This document shows, one piece after another, positions 25,687 to 39,509 of a stretch of DNA of 64,000 bases. Position 1 is the first letter of the stretch. Each line of letters opens with the position of its first letter. The stretch lies in contig CM039000.1 of assembly GCA_017499595.2 (NCBI GenBank), positions 930,001 to 994,000 on the forward strand, in the 5' to 3' direction. The notes under the pieces are model-generated. The model was given only the letters and a program-made list of their open reading frames with translations. It did not search any database and had not been told where the DNA came from. This stretch comes from Psilocybe cubensis (taxonomy: Eukaryota). A program made the position numbers and the translations under genes.

Positions 25687-28241
25687 GTCGGTGGCACCGT
25701 TTAATTAGTAAGTTAGTGCAAGGGCGTCAACCGTAAGTGGTTACCTTCCAAGTTAATCGATTCGAACTCGATGATGCCATGAAAAGATGGGGGGTGCTGC
25801 GTTTCTCCCCGGATTTACCTTCAAGCTTCAAGGTTATAAAATGTAACGTACTATCTGCACTTAAATTTTATCTCGTGGCTTAATAACTGCAGGCTTGTAT
25901 ATGATTAGGGCATCAGAGTAGAATGTTACTAGCCATGGCAATCTACCATGGGCGTTTACGCATCTCGGAGTCTAATAGTAGAAACTAGTCAAAATTCAAG
26001 AATCATCATCCATTTATCTGACTCAGCTCATGGATGTTGAATGAGTGAATATTATTTTACAGTACACAGAAATTTGACTCGATTCAATATAGATCTGAAA
26101 TGATAGTCTCCATTGAAATCTCAAGCAATGTCGGATTTTTTCAGTTAAAATGTCGAAGTATGTATGCAAACCCTATAGACTCATTTAGGGCGGAGTGTTA
26201 ATATCACCCTGACAGATATAAAAATCCTATACGATATCAAATCCCTAGTTGTCCTTTACTTCCAACATCACCATTATCAACGAAATTGATTCCGGATGAC
26301 AACAGTTGCTCCTAGGGTACATTTTCACGTTAATTTTCTTATGCCCTATTTATTGATGATGTTCTCTCCGATGGCAACATAGATAAGTATAGGCGCTTCA
26401 GTTAGGTTCGTCCGAACATTCAGGACAAAACCTTCAGTCGGTTGGCCCAAAGTCATAGACAGAGGGACTACGGGCACTATCACCGAGTCAGCGAAAACAG
26501 TGCTCGGGGGTTTTGATGAACCGGTGGGTCTCCTTATCGAGTTTGTTGTCTCATGCCTATCTGAAGATGCTATTTGACTAGCCAATTTATGGTTACAGCC
26601 ACACAGTGCTACTCGACAATGAGGAGATTGTTCTTTCTGTCCCGGAAGAATTTTTAGAGGAGATATAGTGACCAGAGGTAATTCTCTTCCATGTCTTGTA
26701 TTCTTTTTTCTGAAATGATTGCGTTTATCAGTCTCTACTATATCCGCCTCGTATTGTTCTTTACCTGTACAAATACACAATTGATTTTGTTGATCTGGCC
26801 ACAGTCTCTTCTCTGATTATCTGCACATCTTGCAATGACTTCCGCGTGCTTTGCTGTGGCGTGAAAAGCTGCTGAAACATGAATGAGAAGCAGCAGACTT
26901 GTACAGTAGAATATTATGTGACAATTGTTTGAATCATTAGGCCTTAGGGTTAGGCCATTATGTGTTCGTCGAGCAATCAATGGCTATGCCTCGCATGAAC
27001 GGAGTTAAAAGAGAGGTGATACTTACCGGAAGGGCGGTTCCCTTGAAGCAAAATTAACACCTGATAATCCAGAGACCATCAGTGAGACGAATGTCGACTC
27101 TCGGTTTCCATTTCCTATACGTTATGAACACTCCAAAGACAGGTTCCGACAGATCCAGGTATGACCATATGGAATCGAAATCCAGGGGAAATCTTGACAT
27201 GACGCGGACTATGTTTGCAAACATACCGAACTTCCTTTTTACCAACGGTTGACTCAGAGAAACGGCCCGGACAGGGGTGTCAGAAGGGCTGACCATGGAT
27301 TCGGCCAAAAAGGAAGTAGGTGTGTAAAGGTTGGAAACGGGAACAAGAAAGCATCGATAACACTATAGATAGGATATTAATATCAAGTACCGAGTCCTGG
27401 AGCACAAGTTCTGACTCACACAAACGACAGAGATCCAAAAATTTTCTCCGGGATCTTCCTCGTTGATTGCGCAAACTACAGGAGAATAATGGGAATTGGG
27501 AAAGCTCCACCAATGTGCAGACAATCCTTTCGCTGCCTCAGAACAAAGACACTTCCAGAATTGTAGCCAGCAAAAAAAAGATTCTCCTTAGACTTCCTTT
27601 GAACTTGATAAAAGTCGTTAGATGCCGACAGTCGTGAGAGTAGCATTCACTGTCGTGTGCAGAAGAAACGCTTCTACGGAACACCATCCCTGAAAGCATC
27701 CCGCAGAAGTAGTTGAAATCCATCAAGAGCGTTGTGCATGGCATCAAAGAATTTTGCATCGGACAGAAACCATATGACAGAACTTAAAAAAAGGCGTCCT
27801 TTTCAATCTCAAAGTGTAAGGCTGAGCAATCGCAGAACCTGAAACTGACAATGGTGACTCAAGGGCGTAGCGTAAACAAAGAGCAGAGAACATTCGAGAA
27901 CTCAAGAAAGGTATAGGCAATACGCCTGGTGATCGCAAAGACGGCTTGGAAGGATGTTCTCAATATGGAGTGGAGAGCATTGATGAAGCAACTCAAGTCC
28001 CCTGGAAGTTGAAAGCATCGTTGAGCCTTGAATGGATCGTGGTATGATGGTCTTCAGACCACTTGACGAATCCTGGACCTAGAGAATATATTATCGTTAG
28101 AAAAGTGAAATGAGAATGGGAACATAACAACATACCTCCTTACCGACTTACAGCATTAAAATAAAATGCGCAATCCTTGACTTGTACTCGTACACATGAA
28201 CTATGAAACTGGTACCCAAAAAATATAAGTAAGAAACAGAT

Positions 28242-30241
28242 CTAACCGTCCACGTCGACATCCATGGCCGGAGTCGAAGTCGTCTCCGTGGTGGGGGTGC
28301 CGGGGTCTTTTTCTTTTTCTTTGTCTTTATCCCTTTCCTTGTCAGCAGCCGCTGCTCGACCACGACCCCTACCTCTGCCACGACCTCTCCCTCTTCCTCT
28401 CTTAACAGGTGCAGGGCTGGGTTCCGGTACGGCGTCATCGTCATCGTCATTCGCGTCGCCAGTTGCACGTGATGGCGTAGCAGGAGTAGGAGGTGCGGAA
28501 ACTGAAGCTGAAGCTGATGCAGCTCCTCTTCCACGACCACGTCCTCGCCCCCGTCGGCCGCCCCTCGCCCTCCGCCCAGTACTGCCACCACGCGCTCTGG
28601 TGCTTGGCGCCGGGGAATCGTTGTCATTGTCGTTATCGCCTTCGTAATATTCAGCACGGTTTGTTGATCTTCCGAGGCGTCGTTCTCCTGCCTGGCCTGT
28701 GCCCTTCTCTTCATCCTTCTCTTCAGCTGTCTTGTTCTCATCCGCGAGCAGGCCTTGGAGATCAGGAGGGATCTCTTGCATAGCTACGCTAGGTGCACCT
28801 TGAAGGTATCGAAGCTTATTTCGAATGCTAATGGTGATACGTTGGAGCGAGGCAGGCGAATTTTGATTGTCGACTTTCCCCGTCAAGGGTGGATGAAGTT
28901 TCCAATGGGAGTCGGCGAAGAATGAATCATACACAGTCCTCGGGAGTTCGTCAGGTATTTCCGCCCCTACCAGAACAGAGGTTTCATACGTCCAGCAGCG
29001 ACTGACATTCTTGATAGTGTAGCCTCCACCACCAACGACCAGCAACGGGACGTTAAACTTGCGTACAAAATTGACGCACTCACCATGCGCCGCGATGGAG
29101 AGATTGAACGCGCCAAGCCGATCACAGCCAAGCGAATCGGCACCACACTGCAAAACAATCGCGGACGGACGGAAGGCGGTGACGGTGTCCCCGATGACGG
29201 TCTTAAAAATTGTGAGATACATCTCATCGTCGATGCCGTCTTGCAAGGGAACGTTGAGAGCAAAATGTTTTCCGGGGCCGCTCCCGTTGTCGTCGAGCTT
29301 TCCTGTCCCGGGGAAGAAGTCGCCTGTGTATTTGTGAAATGAGACAGTCATAACGCGATTGGACTGGTAAAACGCGAGTTCCACGCCGTCGCCGTGATGG
29401 ATGTCAATATCGATATATAAAACTCGGGGGTGATATCTGAAAATGTTCAGTACGAATACGAGCTTTGAAGATAATATAAACCGAACCTCAAAAGCTCCAG
29501 TATGGAGAGGACAATATCGTTCACATAACAAAAACCACTAGCTTCGCCTCGTTTCGCGTGGTGGAGTCCCCCAGACCAATTGATAGCTATGTCAGTAGTG
29601 CCTGCGCATAGTTTACGTGCCCCTGCAAGAGAACCTCCTGCGTACATGCGACAAAAATCGTACATATCAGCAAAAATAGGGCAATCTTCGACACAATTGA
29701 AGTTATCAATCATTTGCCTCATTTGTGATTGATTTTGTGGGGTGACCCTGTTAAACCCATTTATCATCAGAATCTAAAAAGGAAAAAGCGACGTTTAAAA
29801 GTATTGACCTTGAAAGAAAATCAATATAGTCATGATCGTGATAGTTTTCCAATTCTTCCTGAGTTGCGGGTCTCGGGTCGTAAATGTTATGGATTTGCTT
29901 GTCCAAGCCGTATCCCATGACAAGGGCATTCGTCAAAGTAAGGCGATGGGGTTTCATTGGATGCCTTTCCTGACGACGGAAAACTGGTGAGTCCATGCCA
30001 CCGTAAATCATTCTTCAAAGCGTACACCATAGTGTTGCGCTCCAACCCCCTTTGGAAAATAATATGACACGATTGGACGAGAATGAGGCTTTTAGCAATT
30101 GTAAGCTGCCCGATACCTTTGAAACTACAAAAGCTTGCTTACATTGATACGCTCCGTAATCGGTTGAGCGGTCCCATGAATCCCGCGATCGGCGAAATAT
30201 GGTGAAGAAGAGAATGTCGTCGCCTGCGAAGACCGGACCAT
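28242..30241 (-). CDS. HOS2: Class I histone deacetylase, Hos2-like, with RG-rich low-complexity tail
   Basis: [87 protein letters not shown]. The [13 protein letters not shown] and AHGECV signatures favour Hos2 over Rpd3. Confidence 0.9.
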
Positions 30242-30841
30242 TATGGTATTCGAGTGCTGAAGAGTAGCTTTGAGCTGTTAGTCTGTGTATCGTGGGATCA
30301 ATATAAAGTGTCGAATTCGAAATGTAGGTACTAAAAATTCAAAAAGTGAGCAGTGGTTTCGGTGCTTGTTGAATCACCTAGAATGCTCACTATCGCTGTC
30401 AAAGGCTATTCAGGACTGCCGTGGGTAACAAATGCAAGAAGGAGGGTTATGGTCGAAGTTTAGTTTCCATACGGCTACAATGGACGACCAATACACCGAG
30501 CGAGTTAAGGAAGACGCAATGGGTCGGAATCTGGTAGACTTTAGCAAGAATGCTTGCCCCAAGCGCACGATCTCAAGGCACTGAGCGCTGAGTCATCAGC
30601 TTTCCCGCGGTATAGTTGTTCCTGCCCGCCCTTTGTTTGTTTGGAATGGCCTGAACCAAACAACGAGCTCTTCGCGAGGTACAATATCGTTCACTTTTGG
30701 TTCACCTTCTGAGCTCGCGGCTATCATCCAGTTTGGTGCAGAACCACTACGCAAGCCCAAGCACCCAAATAGCAAACCAGCTGTTCGAAAGACTAAAATC
30801 GCCCTATGAGCCGTTAGAAAGGCATACCTTTTCTGAGCTCA
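30242..30841. promoter_or_regulatory. Putative bidirectional promoter between HOS2 and PFS2
   Basis: About 600 bp between two head-to-head start codons. Confidence 0.5.
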
Positions 30842-32912
30842 ATGTCTACGACTACTCTTCCTATATTGCTGCCGGGATATGCAATTCCAAAGTCGATATC
30901 TACACCACACCTTGACTGGAAACCACGAAGATACCTTTCGGAACCCCAACCTCCGCCTCAGGATGAAGGAAAGTTGTTGGAGCAAGAGTTAGCAAACGCG
31001 CGACAAATGATTGATGGCAAAATCATTAAGAAGACACGACCTCGGCGGACGGTGGATTACAACGGTGGCATGGGTAGATGGGCTCTGGTAAGCATAGTGA
31101 ATAGTCTTGTTTAGTATCACTAATAGCATCCTAGCTTCGGAAACTTCGACCCAATCCTAACTATGTACCTAACCTGCGGCCTGCTCCTCCTTTCATCATC
31201 GACGTGAGGGTTTTCGCGTAAATTACACCCACATTGTTGCTTCACTAATTTTCTCTTTAGCTCCTTCCTCCTAAAGCATACCCCGAAAACCCATCTACTT
31301 CATTATGTACCAAGTTCGTGCACACATCCACGAATAAAATTCGCTGTCCGGTGAACGTCGTCACGGTACTGTCATCTCTTTTTCTTGGATAACATTCACG
31401 TTTATGATTTGACTGTACAGTGGACACCAGAAGCTCGACGTGTTCTGACTGGATCAACAAGCGGAGAATTCACGCTATGGAACGGTCTTACCTTTAATTT
31501 CGAAACCATCCTTCAAGCACACGACTCTGCCATCTGTGCTATGACATTCACCCATTCTGGCGCCTACCTTGCCTCAGCAGATAAAACAGGAATCATAAAA
31601 TACTTTGAACCTAATATGAACAACTTAACGGCTTGGCAAGGCTCCTCTTCGCGCGAAGCTATCCGCGGGCTAAGCTTCAGTCCAGATGACAGACGGTTTG
31701 CAACAGCAAGTGATGATTCAAGTATCCGGATTTGGTCCTTTGCAGAGCGACGGGTTGAGAGCGTGTTGAGCGGTATGTTATTGTTATCTATAGCAGTATT
31801 CAACACACTAATCTCCTTGAAGGACACGGATGGGATGTGAAATGCGTGGAATGGCATCCAACGAAAGGTCTTTTAGTGTCTGGTAGTAAAGATAACCAAA
31901 TTAAATTTTGGGACCCTCGTACGGGAACTGTACTGTCGACCTTGTACGTAGACTTATACATTTCTAATTTTCCATGCTCATATTTCGTCGCAGACACCAA
32001 CACAAAAATACTATACAAGCTCTTTCCTGGTCACCGAACGGCAACATGGTCGCTAGTGCCTCTCGAGACCAGACCGTTCGAGTTTTTGATATCAGAGCAA
32101 TGAAAGAGTTTAGGGTTCTCAAAGGTCACAAGAAAGAAGTTTGTTGTATGTCTTTACTGTTCTCGCTATCCCCACTTCACTTCTCATTTGACTATTGAAA
32201 TATAGCGGTGACTTGGCACCCAGTGCATCCTTTGCTGGTTTCCGGTGGATCAGAAGGAGCGATCCTCCACTGGGACCTTTCCACTCCTGACGACAACTCC
32301 TTTACACAAGCTGTGTCCGCGCCCCGAGCAACGCTGTCACAGGCACATGACTCGAATGTGTGGTCAGTCGCATTCCACCCATTTGGTCACTTACTCGCCA
32401 GTGCCTCCAACGACCACACAACGCGCTTCTGGAGTCGAGAACGCCCGGGAGACGCGACTTCTGTATTCTCTGGTGGTGGAGAGAAACCACCGGAGATTGT
32501 CGACATGCAAGGGCAAGAAGAGGAGGAGGACGCGATGGTGCCCGGCTTCGGAGCTGGAGGCGGTGGCGGCAACGCTGCTTGGTGGGGCAAAGAGGAAGAT
32601 GGCGGCGCTGGTGGTGGTCCCTCAGACATTGGTCCTAGGAGAGGCGGTGGTTACCCAGATCATGCGGAGGAAGATTTTATACCAGGCTTTGGAGGTGGTC
32701 CACCAGCAGATTCCCGGCCGAGACAGAACGGGTACTCGTCCATGGCTCACGACTCTTATGAAAACAGCGAGAAGGATGAGTTTGGTCGGGACCGTGATCT
32801 CAACAGTGGTGGGGGACACGGCCACAGTGATGACTGGGGCCGTGGAGGAGGCGGTGGCGGTGGTTATAACCGCGGAGCTCGTTTCGGACCGTCTAGACGG
32901 GGGCGATATTGA
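30842..32912 (+). CDS. PFS2: Polyadenylation factor subunit 2 (WDR33 homolog), WD40 repeats
   Basis: [89 protein letters not shown]; Gly/Arg-rich tail. Confidence 0.95.
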
Positions 32913-33065
32913 TATCTTTTGTTGTAATTATTCGTTCTGATTCAACTCTACTGTCGTGTACTGAACGCAGAGGAAAAGATGCATATGAAACAATTCTATC
33001 ATAATGTGTTTAATCTTCCTTCAAGAAATACTCGGTCAATCATGAGTCAATTAGCCTGACCAATT

Positions 33066-34522
33066 TTAATCTGCAGCCAGCAGGCGTTTCATGTGTTTAA
33101 TCTTCTTCTTTTTCACCTGGAGATTTAAACCAATTTCATTCCCTTCGTACAACTGGAACGGCTCAAATTACTCACTTTAATCTTTTCTTGCAGCTTCCCA
33201 GCCAGTTCCTTCTCCAATCTGTCGGTCGCAAGGTAATCCGTCTTTTTATCTGATAAGATTGATTAAACATTTCATATAGCAAAACGCACCAAAACGTCCA
33301 TTCGGTTCGAATCAATCCGTACGACCATGGTGTCAACAAACTGTGTCCTGTTTTGCTTTTCTTCTTTGAGCTCCTAGACGAATAGAAACGGTCAGTATAC
33401 TTCACGTATCTTCAAACATCATCAAATCAATTAGCTAAACCGACCTTTTTAGGTTTTCTGTCTTGTGGGTGCGCAGTACCAGATTTAGAACCATCCAACG
33501 GCATCGGTTCGACTAGACACAGAATACCAAAAGTCAAGATATGCGTTGTTGGAAGAAGGGCCACTCAACCATCGTTGTTGTTAATTTCAATAATGTTGGG
33601 TGACCTTGGAGTCGGATATCGTCCCCCACTGCTATCCTCCCTCAAGCTCCTTGTAATCAACACTAATGGTGAAACTTAGAACACTCAGATCCGACCAGCA
33701 ATTAGTGCACCTACCATGTGCATTTGCTGTGATGCCTGTCGGAGGAGGCCTTGAATATATGGTATCCTCCTCAGCCCAAATAGTGGGTGGTATGTTTCCT
33801 CCGTCCTCCTCTGGCACCGGTATCTCGAATACAAATGTTGCGAACGGCAGCATATTCTGCTTCTCGTCGTCGATGATGTTCATGAGGTCAGCATTGTTCT
33901 TCTTGTACTGTTGCCTGTCAGGGCCTACCACCCATTCGGGTTCTGCGACCTTTCCGCGTATACGCCTAATCTCCAACCGAAGGCTGCAAGGTGACTTCGC
34001 TTGTTCTATTCGAACCCTTATGTATGGGCTAACACGCTTTATTAAGGATGTCAAGACTCACCTGCGGCTGAATATGGACATGTTCCAGCTGAATAATCGC
34101 ACAACCTCCCCGCCTTCAAACATCCTTTGATTTTGTATGGTAAATTATGGTACCCATATGTTGTCCTCATGTTTTGGCTTTTCTGGCGGGTCTTATCCAT
34201 TGTAACGACGGCTACGCAAAAGTCTTCGGTCTCCATCCTGTAGTATCCATTCCTGATAAACACCTGGCAGAGAGCGGATACGGGCCGTTGTCCATCTGCC
34301 CTTCTCCAAAGAAGAACAAACGGCTATATAACAGGTCAATCGTATGCAAAATCGGAGTTGCAAGAGGCTCACTGTTTTTGGCTCCAGGTTAACACTGGCG
34401 GTTACTGTCTGTAGGTCCTCGTCTATAACGGGTTCTGTCGACAGCATTTGACAATCCCCTTTGTAACAGTGCTTAAGCCAAGCTTCGAAGCCTCGGTACC
34501 TAACTTTGTAGGACGGCTCCAT
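33066..34522 (-). CDS. Hypothetical protein, multi-exon
   Basis: Consecutive ORF pieces bounded by GT-AG signals (MEPSYKVRYRGFEAWL..., SLRLEIRRIRG..., basic C-terminus VKKKKIKHMKRLLAAD). The family was not recognised. Confidence 0.6.
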
Positions 34523-34904
34523 GCCCTCGTCACTCGTAGTAAGAGGAGCTTCACCTAAGAAAACAAAGTTGTACTAGGGTGCCCCATTTCGACCTTACTT
34601 GGAGCTTTATAAGTTCCCTCGACGACCCCGGCAATCTCCTTATTAATTGACTCGACTTCGCGCTGCGATCAGAGTTTCTTTGTGATGGCGAGAGCCCCTC
34701 ACTCCCGACAACGCGAACACAGAGAAATGCTGCTAGAGATTATTGAGCATAACGCTTATTGGGATTTCCGCTCTCAAAACCTCGCAATCTGACAAACAAT
34801 AATGATTGAGGAGGATCACTCAATTACAGGAAAGAAAGGTATTAATATGCCCGTTCAGTAGAAAGGGAGTGACGGAGGCGCCAGATATGCGTTGAGAAAC
34901 CAGG

Positions 34905-36410
34905 CTAGTCAGTAATTGTTATAACATCCCCATCTCTCTTGTAGATAACACCACCTTGAAACACTACTTGAGCTTGAAGAATGAAGTTAACATTTAAATA
35001 CATACCTTGGCGCCAAATGAAACCATCGAAGGATGCACTAGCCACCTCGGGGGTAAGATTATTGGATATGTCTGTAAACCGAGACAGTGCCTGGCTGGCT
35101 GAAGGCTGATTGGGGTCATTGATGTCAATCAAGGAGTCGAAGAATGGCCCAGGCTCTGGAATTTTACTTTCGAGGTGCTGAAAAGTGTAGATTATTTATC
35201 AGGAAACTGTACACCATTGATCATTGCAGGCAATCTCACGCTGACAAATGTTTGAAGACATGTGCCCATAAAAGCAACGTCCACTCGAAATGGGTTGTAT
35301 GGGTAAGTGATTGATTCCGCTGGTACCCAATGCCGGTCAAAGCTAAGAACGTGGTCCATACGCGCCTCTTCAATGACGGTGTCCTCAGGGAAAATGACAG
35401 CAGCATCAAAGTCAAAGAGGGCATAGCGGACTTCTTTTGGATCCCGCACTCCTGTCCTGCGATAAATTTCTGCAGTGGTCATAACAGCATTCATCCCCAT
35501 ATTTTGTGCAAGACAGTCTAGATGCACGATCCTGTTGCGGTGTAAAAAACCAAAAGCCTATTCTGACCAGTTCAATAGATGTTTCAACGTGATCAGCGTG
35601 TTATTACCTCGAGGATTATCTTGGTGAGATGCATAAGTTCAGAAACATTGGAAAATTCCGGCTCAATAGCACTATCCCATCTTTACAATATGAAAATGAG
35701 CGGGATCCAATGAATAGAACTATTGGCACCTACCTGGGCATCACCACAAATACAAATTTGTCGAAAGTAATGTATTCGATGGCGTAGATGGTATGGTTGG
35801 CGGGGTCGGATCGCAACCTTTTGCTGTTAAGCAGTTGCATGACCTTCAGCTCATTTGACGGGTTGTCGACCTCAGATATCACCCTGAAAATATGAAAGGT
35901 GATCAACAAGTGGGGTAAACTCGATGGATACACTTACTTGATTATAACATCTCTTCCAAGTGCATCGCGAGCTGCCCATATACGTGGTGCCCACGTAGCC
36001 CTCGGGATGGGAGTCTTGCTTGGGAGTTGACGAGAATAAGGGTACGAAGTAGCTTTTGCTGCGGGTGGAAATGGTGGAGGGTTTAGATTTCCAAGGCCGA
36101 TGGGATCTTGTTGATACATCGCATAACCTCGCGAAACGAAGAACGGGAGCACGAACATCCAGCAACTATGAATGTAGATAAAATCACCATGTGAATCTTC
36201 GAGATTCTTCAAATTCCAGTCCTCGAGAGCTTCTGGAAATATGATGTTCGACCTCATGAGACGCCACGTCCAAACCATACTTTCCCAACGAGAGTCAAGT
36301 TTAATCATTCTAACACCGCGTCGTTTTGCCTTGAAAAGTAAGGTTGCAGGAAGGACAAAAACGAAAATAAAAGTAATGAAGTACATGAATGAAGGGAGAA
36401 AGGCGGGCAT
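34905..36410 (-). CDS. AgaK1-like kinase, copy 3 (DFD variant)
   Basis: GRDVIIK, HLDCLAQN, ALFDFDAA, YNPFRVD; 6 exons. Confidence 0.85.
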
Positions 36411-36793
36411 CCACGAGCACCGACTCAAGTAGGGTAATGACACAAACTCAAGAGATAAATTTGGCTACAAATATACGTGGGAACCATCATATAAAATGGC
36501 CAGTGCCGACAATTAGTCAAGGTTGTATGCCTACTCAGTTTAAGGGGCAGCCGTAAATGTAGCTATGTTGTGTATTACTAGTACATATACAAGCAATATG
36601 AATGTGGCGAACGTGAAGAGAACTTCATGTTGTACCATTACATGCCGAGTGCCGAGTAATGTCTTTGTGACTAGGATGTTTGTTGTTCTTGCCCACTAAA
36701 CCATGCGGATTCGACAGACAGAAGAGCGAATTGCAATATCTGAAGATAAAGCTAAAATTGAACTGCAGTCGCTCAACGGAACTGACTATCCTA

Positions 36794-38322
36794 TTACAAA
36801 GATTCAACAACGGTAATTAATTCCCCGTCCTTCTTCTCGATCACGCCTGCCAGAAATCATGGTCAGTTTTGTCAATCAGTCTGGTCAAATTTTAGATCAA
36901 TACCATTAGACCAAACTCGAGTATCCAATGGTACCTGGGCAATATCGGGGCTCAGACCATCACATATCTTTGTAAAGCAAGCGAGAGCCTGGCTAGCAGA
37001 GAGCTGATTTGGGTTATTCATGTCAACCAATGAGTCAAAAAATGGACCAAGCTGCGGAACAAATGGTTCAAGATGCTATATCAATGACTGTCAGCAGCAG
37101 CCTGCTGTGAAATTACAAAATAACTCACTCTGACGTAGGTCTGAAGGCTAGTGCCTAGAAAGGCCATGTCTAATTTGAATGGATTGTACGGATATTTGAC
37201 TGATTCATCTGGTACATCATGCAGCGCGAAGCTGTTATAACGTGTCAAACTTGCTTCCTCAATGTCGGTGTCTTCAGGAAAAGTAATAGAGGCACCAAAA
37301 TCGAATAGAGCATAGCGAACCTCTGCTGGATCTCGCATTCCTGTCTTTCCAATTGTCTCCGAAGAATCCATCACTGCATTCATACCTATATTCTGTGGTA
37401 GAAAATCCATGTGCACGATTTTGTGACGATGCAGGAAATCAAAACCTGTCATTAACCTTATTTAGTGGTCAAACGTCAGGTATAAAATATCGTACCTGGA
37501 AACACGTCAAAGCCAAAGACATAGTCTCGGATACAGTGGCAAAATCGGGCAAAAAGGCACTATCCCATCTTAAAAAGAACGTACAATGAGCGAAGAATAC
37601 TTCAATTGGTTGAAAATGAACATGAATACCTGGGCATTACAACGAAAATGAACTTGTCGAAAGTGATAAATTCAATAGCGTAGATTGTGTGGTTCGCTGG
37701 ATCAGACCGCAAACCTTTGCTATTCAGGCGTTTCATCACCTCGAGCTCTGGGGATGGGTTGCCCACCTCAGATATCACCCTAATGCAACAGTTATTAGTT
37801 ACATACAGCCTCAAATTGAACCACATAACGGAGTGCTCACTTGATTACAACATCCCTCCCAAGTATATCACGAGCAGGCCACATTCGTATTGACCATGCC
37901 ATTCTTTGTTTGACCTGATTGCATGGAACCTGACGAGCATAAGGGTACGACGTGGTTTTCGCAACAGGAGGGAACGGAGGAGGGTTTAGATCGCTAAAAC
38001 CTTCTGCGTCTTGTTGATACATTGCATATCCTCGTGAAGCAAAAAATGGCCGTAGGAACAGCCATACGTGCTTTACGTAGACCAGGTCGTCCGCAAATGT
38101 CTCGTCTCCCTTGTAATACCAATCTTTGAGTGTTCGTGGAAATGTGATTTTTGACTTCATGAGACGCCAAGTCCAAACCACACTTTCCCTTCGGGTTTCG
38201 AGGCGAATCACCCTAAGTTGGACTCTTTTTGTGGTAAAGAAGATTAAAGCTGGAAGAAGGACAGCCACGGTCACAAAGACGAATGACATTAAGGAAAGAT
38301 CGATGAGCGCAAAGTGTCGCAT
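36794..38322 (-). CDS. AgaK1-like kinase, copy 4
   Basis: Starts MRHFALIDLSLM; contains GRDVVIK, HMDFLPQN, FDFG, YNPFKLD. Confidence 0.85.
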
Positions 38323-38379
38323 TCGAAGATTTCGGTGACCTGCAAGGTCGTGGGATCAGTTCGGAAAGCTCTTTCGGAG

Positions 38380-39300
38380 ATACGTAAACAATGAGCAGAG
38401 AGCATCTGAGAAAATAAGAAAGGGATATCGATAAGGACCAAGGTAATACTTTGATCGCAAATGTGGTTTGGAAAGGATGATCGCAAGAGTAGAGCGGAGA
38501 GCATTGATGATGAAACCCAAGTTCCTTGGAATTGAAAACATCTTTTAGCCTCGAATGGATCATTTGTGGCCTTGATCCTTGACTTTTTGTATTCATACAG
38601 GTGAATTCTGAATCTAGTACCCAGAAAATACAGGTAAGTAACAGACCTAAACGTCGACGTCGGTATCATCGCCGATAGGCTGCGTCTTCCCCCCTCCTTC
38701 CAGCCGAAGCTGCGGGGTGACCGTGGACCTGCCCTCTACTTCACCCTTTCCCCCTTCTTCTCTTTGACAGGTGCAGTTGCAGTGGTGGAGCCTGGCGGCG
38801 GTGGTGTAGTCAGTCGTCGTCGTCGTCGTCGTTGAGGGTCGTTTTGAGCCTCAAATTGCACGTGATGGTGTGACACTCTCAGCGCTGCAAGCCCCTGTTC
38901 CTCGACGACGACCCAAGGCCTCGCCTTTCACCCTATTCCCAGTGCTGGCACTGCGGCCTCTGGAACCCAGAGCCTGAATACCGCTTTCACTTTCGGTTTC
39001 GCATTCGTAGCATTTAGCGTGGATGGCTGATCTTCTGAGGCGCTGTTTCCCTGCCTGTCCCTGGCCTGTCCCCTTCTCTTCACCTTCTCTTCCACTGTCC
39101 TGCACTCATCCGTGAGGCGAATTTGTAGATCAGTAAGGGTCCCTTGAGCAGACATACTACATGTACTTTTCTGGTATCAATGCTTGTATCGAATGTTAAT
39201 ATTGATAGGCTCGTGAAATTGGTCGAACTTGCATCCAATGAAAGGTCCTGAAGTCAACCAAATTTAAGTTTTGGGGTCTTCGGAGTGGAATTGTGTTGTG
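38380..39300. pseudogene. Relic of HOS2 3' half and downstream flank (-) joined to a short PFS2 fragment (+)
   Basis: 38380-39205 matches about 27870-28840 ([12 protein letters not shown] vs AEYYE). 39212-39300 matches PFS2 at 31837-31935. Confidence 0.85.
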
Positions 39301-39509
39301 GAAAACAGCACCGTGCATATGGAGGAGAGCTGAAGAAGGTTATATCGAGAGCGCTTGATGGTATATATTTCCGTTCTTGAGACCGCGTAATTCCGCAAAA
39401 AAAAATTACATTGATATAAAGGGGCACTCAGTTATAGGACAGAAAAGTATCAATACGCCCGCTCATCACAAAGAAGTGATGGAGGCAGCGGATATGCGTA
39501 GAGAGCAGG

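Noticed and set aside
26200-27870. Several short minus-strand ORFs downstream of HOS2
   Set aside because: No recognisable domain or coherent exon chain; left unannotated.
28148-29342. Overlapping alternative-frame and antisense ORFs over HOS2 (similar ones over PFS2 at 32245-32940)
   Set aside because: These are shadows of GC-rich, low-complexity coding sequence.
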